Below, in pieces: positions 62,598-64,000 of a DNA stretch of 64,000 nt. The notes beneath the pieces are model-generated. The model ran no database searches. It was given only the letters and a program-made list of their open reading frames with translations, and was not told where the DNA came from. The translations under genes and the position numbers were made by a program. The stretch comes from Puccinia triticina (lineage: Eukaryota). The DNA lies in contig CP110439.1 in assembly GCA_026914245.1 (NCBI GenBank), positions 3,100,001 through 3,164,000 of the forward strand. Reading direction: 5' to 3'. Numbering within the stretch: position 1 is the stretch's first letter; every line of letters starts with the position of its first letter.

Positions 62598-64000
62598 ATG
62601 AGGTCCCATTCCCTGCGTTTCTTGTGTTGGGTATTCATCCTGTGTGCCAAAGATGTTTTTGCTCGACCAAATGACACCGAAGCGGAGAAGAACGTCTCTC
62701 TACTATTCGATTTAAACGAGTTACCACACGAATCGGATGAACTTTCAATCGCGCCTCTCTGCGCCTTGCCATCAACCGAATCCTTTCACAGCTCCAACGC
62801 AGATTGCCTTCCGGCGGCCAAACAAGAGGAACCATTTTCCGCGGTTTCGCCGTCGGATCTATTCGCCATCGGTCATTCATCCCTTTCCGGTAAGCGTGAA
62901 CTTGATGGGCTGGATTTGGAGGTTACAGATCAGAAGTCCTTCCTTGAGTGGGACAAAAAACATAACGCTTTTCCAAATCAACAACTAGAAGGGATGTCCA
63001 AGAAGAGAAAAACAAGTACATGGAAATTGAATGATACTCAAATTCCATCGGGAATTTCAATCAATTGCAAACTGCCAGTGCAAAGCTTGAACGATTCCCC
63101 TCGTCTTAAAAAATCCAGTAGTTTTTCTGGGGTAGTAAACCAGGGAACATGCGTCTTGACAGAGGATCTGGAGAGGAAAATTGAGAATAAGAACCAGGGA
63201 ACCTTCAAAGAATCTAAAACCGAGAACTCTTTCCATGAAATGTTAAAGAGCATGAAGAATGATGCGCTCCACTACGGAAAAAATAGGATGAAACTTAAAG
63301 CCAAGCTGAAATGTCCTGCCTCAATTTCAAAGAAAGATTTGTTGCGTAAACTGCATCTAGCTCTTCACAAAAAATTTGTATATGCTACAGACTCAATGAG
63401 CTTGAATGACAGAAAGTGTGAAACCCATAACATTATATTGAAAATTGCAGATGAAAAAAATATCCTTGTTGACTTCATGACCCCATTTACGGAAACTCTG
63501 AAGGAATTGGGGTTTGAAACCAATCCGTATGAGTATAAACCCCTGGTGGTGATTTCATACATCAAGAATCTTACAAGAAGTGTAATAGTTACAACTTTAC
63601 TTTATGCTTCATTGTTTCAAGAAGAAGAGAGGCAGACAACGGAAGAATTGGTTTACAGTGTGCTAGATTTCATACAAGTTTTTTTCAAGAATATACAAAA
63701 TAGAGATGAGCCAATGAAGGAAAGCCGAAATTTTGTCTGGTTGCACAATTTATTAAAATCCAAAAAAAGTTCTGTTTTGACTGATCATCGATTGAGCAGA
63801 CCAACCAGAGTAATGAGCATGGCCTGGAGTATTGTCAATTTATTAATAAGAGAAAAAGGAAGAAGTTTAATTCCCAATCTACCAGAGGAAATGGCAACTT
63901 TGTCAAGGTCAATTCAAGAGATTATCTATAAGATGCTATATTCATCAAATCACCAAGATATATCCCAGAGTGTTAGGAGAAAACTTGAAATCAGAAATTC
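62598..64000 (+). CDS. Candidate secreted effector with EAR-like motif (3' end outside window)
   Basis: My translation gives an uninterrupted frame from ATG 62598 to the window end. It begins MRSHSLRFLCWVFILCAKDVFA|RP (signal-peptide-like), then LFDLNELP and later MSKKRK. It is missing from the ORF track, presumably because it has no stop in the window. Confidence 0.75.
   Translation, partial: MRSHSLRFLCWVFILCAKDVFARPNDTEAEKNVSLLFDLNELPHESDELSIAPLCALPSTESFHSSNADCLPAAKQEEPFSAVSPSDLFAIGHSSLSGKRELDGLDLEVTDQKSFLEWDKKHNAFPNQQLEGMSKKRKTSTWKLNDTQIPSGISINCKLPVQSLNDSPRLKKSSSFSGVVNQGTCVLTEDLERKIENKNQGTFKESKTENSFHEMLKSMKNDALHYGKNRMKLKAKLKCPASISKKDLLRKLHLALHKKFVYATDSMSLNDRKCETHNIILKIADEKNILVDFMTPFTETLKELGFETNPYEYKPLVVISYIKNLTRSVIVTTLLYASLFQEEERQTTEELVYSVLDFIQVFFKNIQNRDEPMKESRNFVWLHNLLKSKKSSVLTDHRLSRPTRVMSMAWSIVNLLIREKGRSLIPNLPEEMATLSRSIQEIIYKMLYSSNHQDISQSVRRKLEIRN

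Overview
Eukaryotic, intron-rich fungal DNA. The gene content and repeat style suggest a rust fungus such as Puccinia, which is an inference. Bases 1 to about 15.5 kb form a gene-dense block around a CMC/EnSpm (CACTA-type) transposase. It also holds two paralogous accessory genes, a RING-less SNF2 helicase with one in-frame stop, and two identical 36-bp perfect palindromes, so it is probably a large cargo-carrying DNA transposon whose left end lies outside the window. From 15.7 to 23.7 kb is a nest of non-autonomous elements with clear TIR/TSD signatures: hAT elements, a possible P-like element, PIF/Harbinger MITEs, and a Helitron carrying a palindromic ~40-bp satellite. Host genes are an LDB17/SPIN90-like gene, a USP-domain gene, ADE13, PHB2 and MCD4. 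There is also a full-length hAT with an 8-bp TSD and a nonsense codon, and two Harbinger-family elements with different interiors. Highlights: (1) two intact, LTR-less, pol-less Ty1/copia Gag-like paralogues, one fused to nucleoporin-type FG/GLFG repeats; (2) the palindrome-bracketed CACTA-SNF2 block; (3) a secreted-protein ORF with a DLNxxP EAR motif and a basic NLS-like patch that runs off the window end and is absent from the ORF track. Exon boundaries were read by eye and are approximate.
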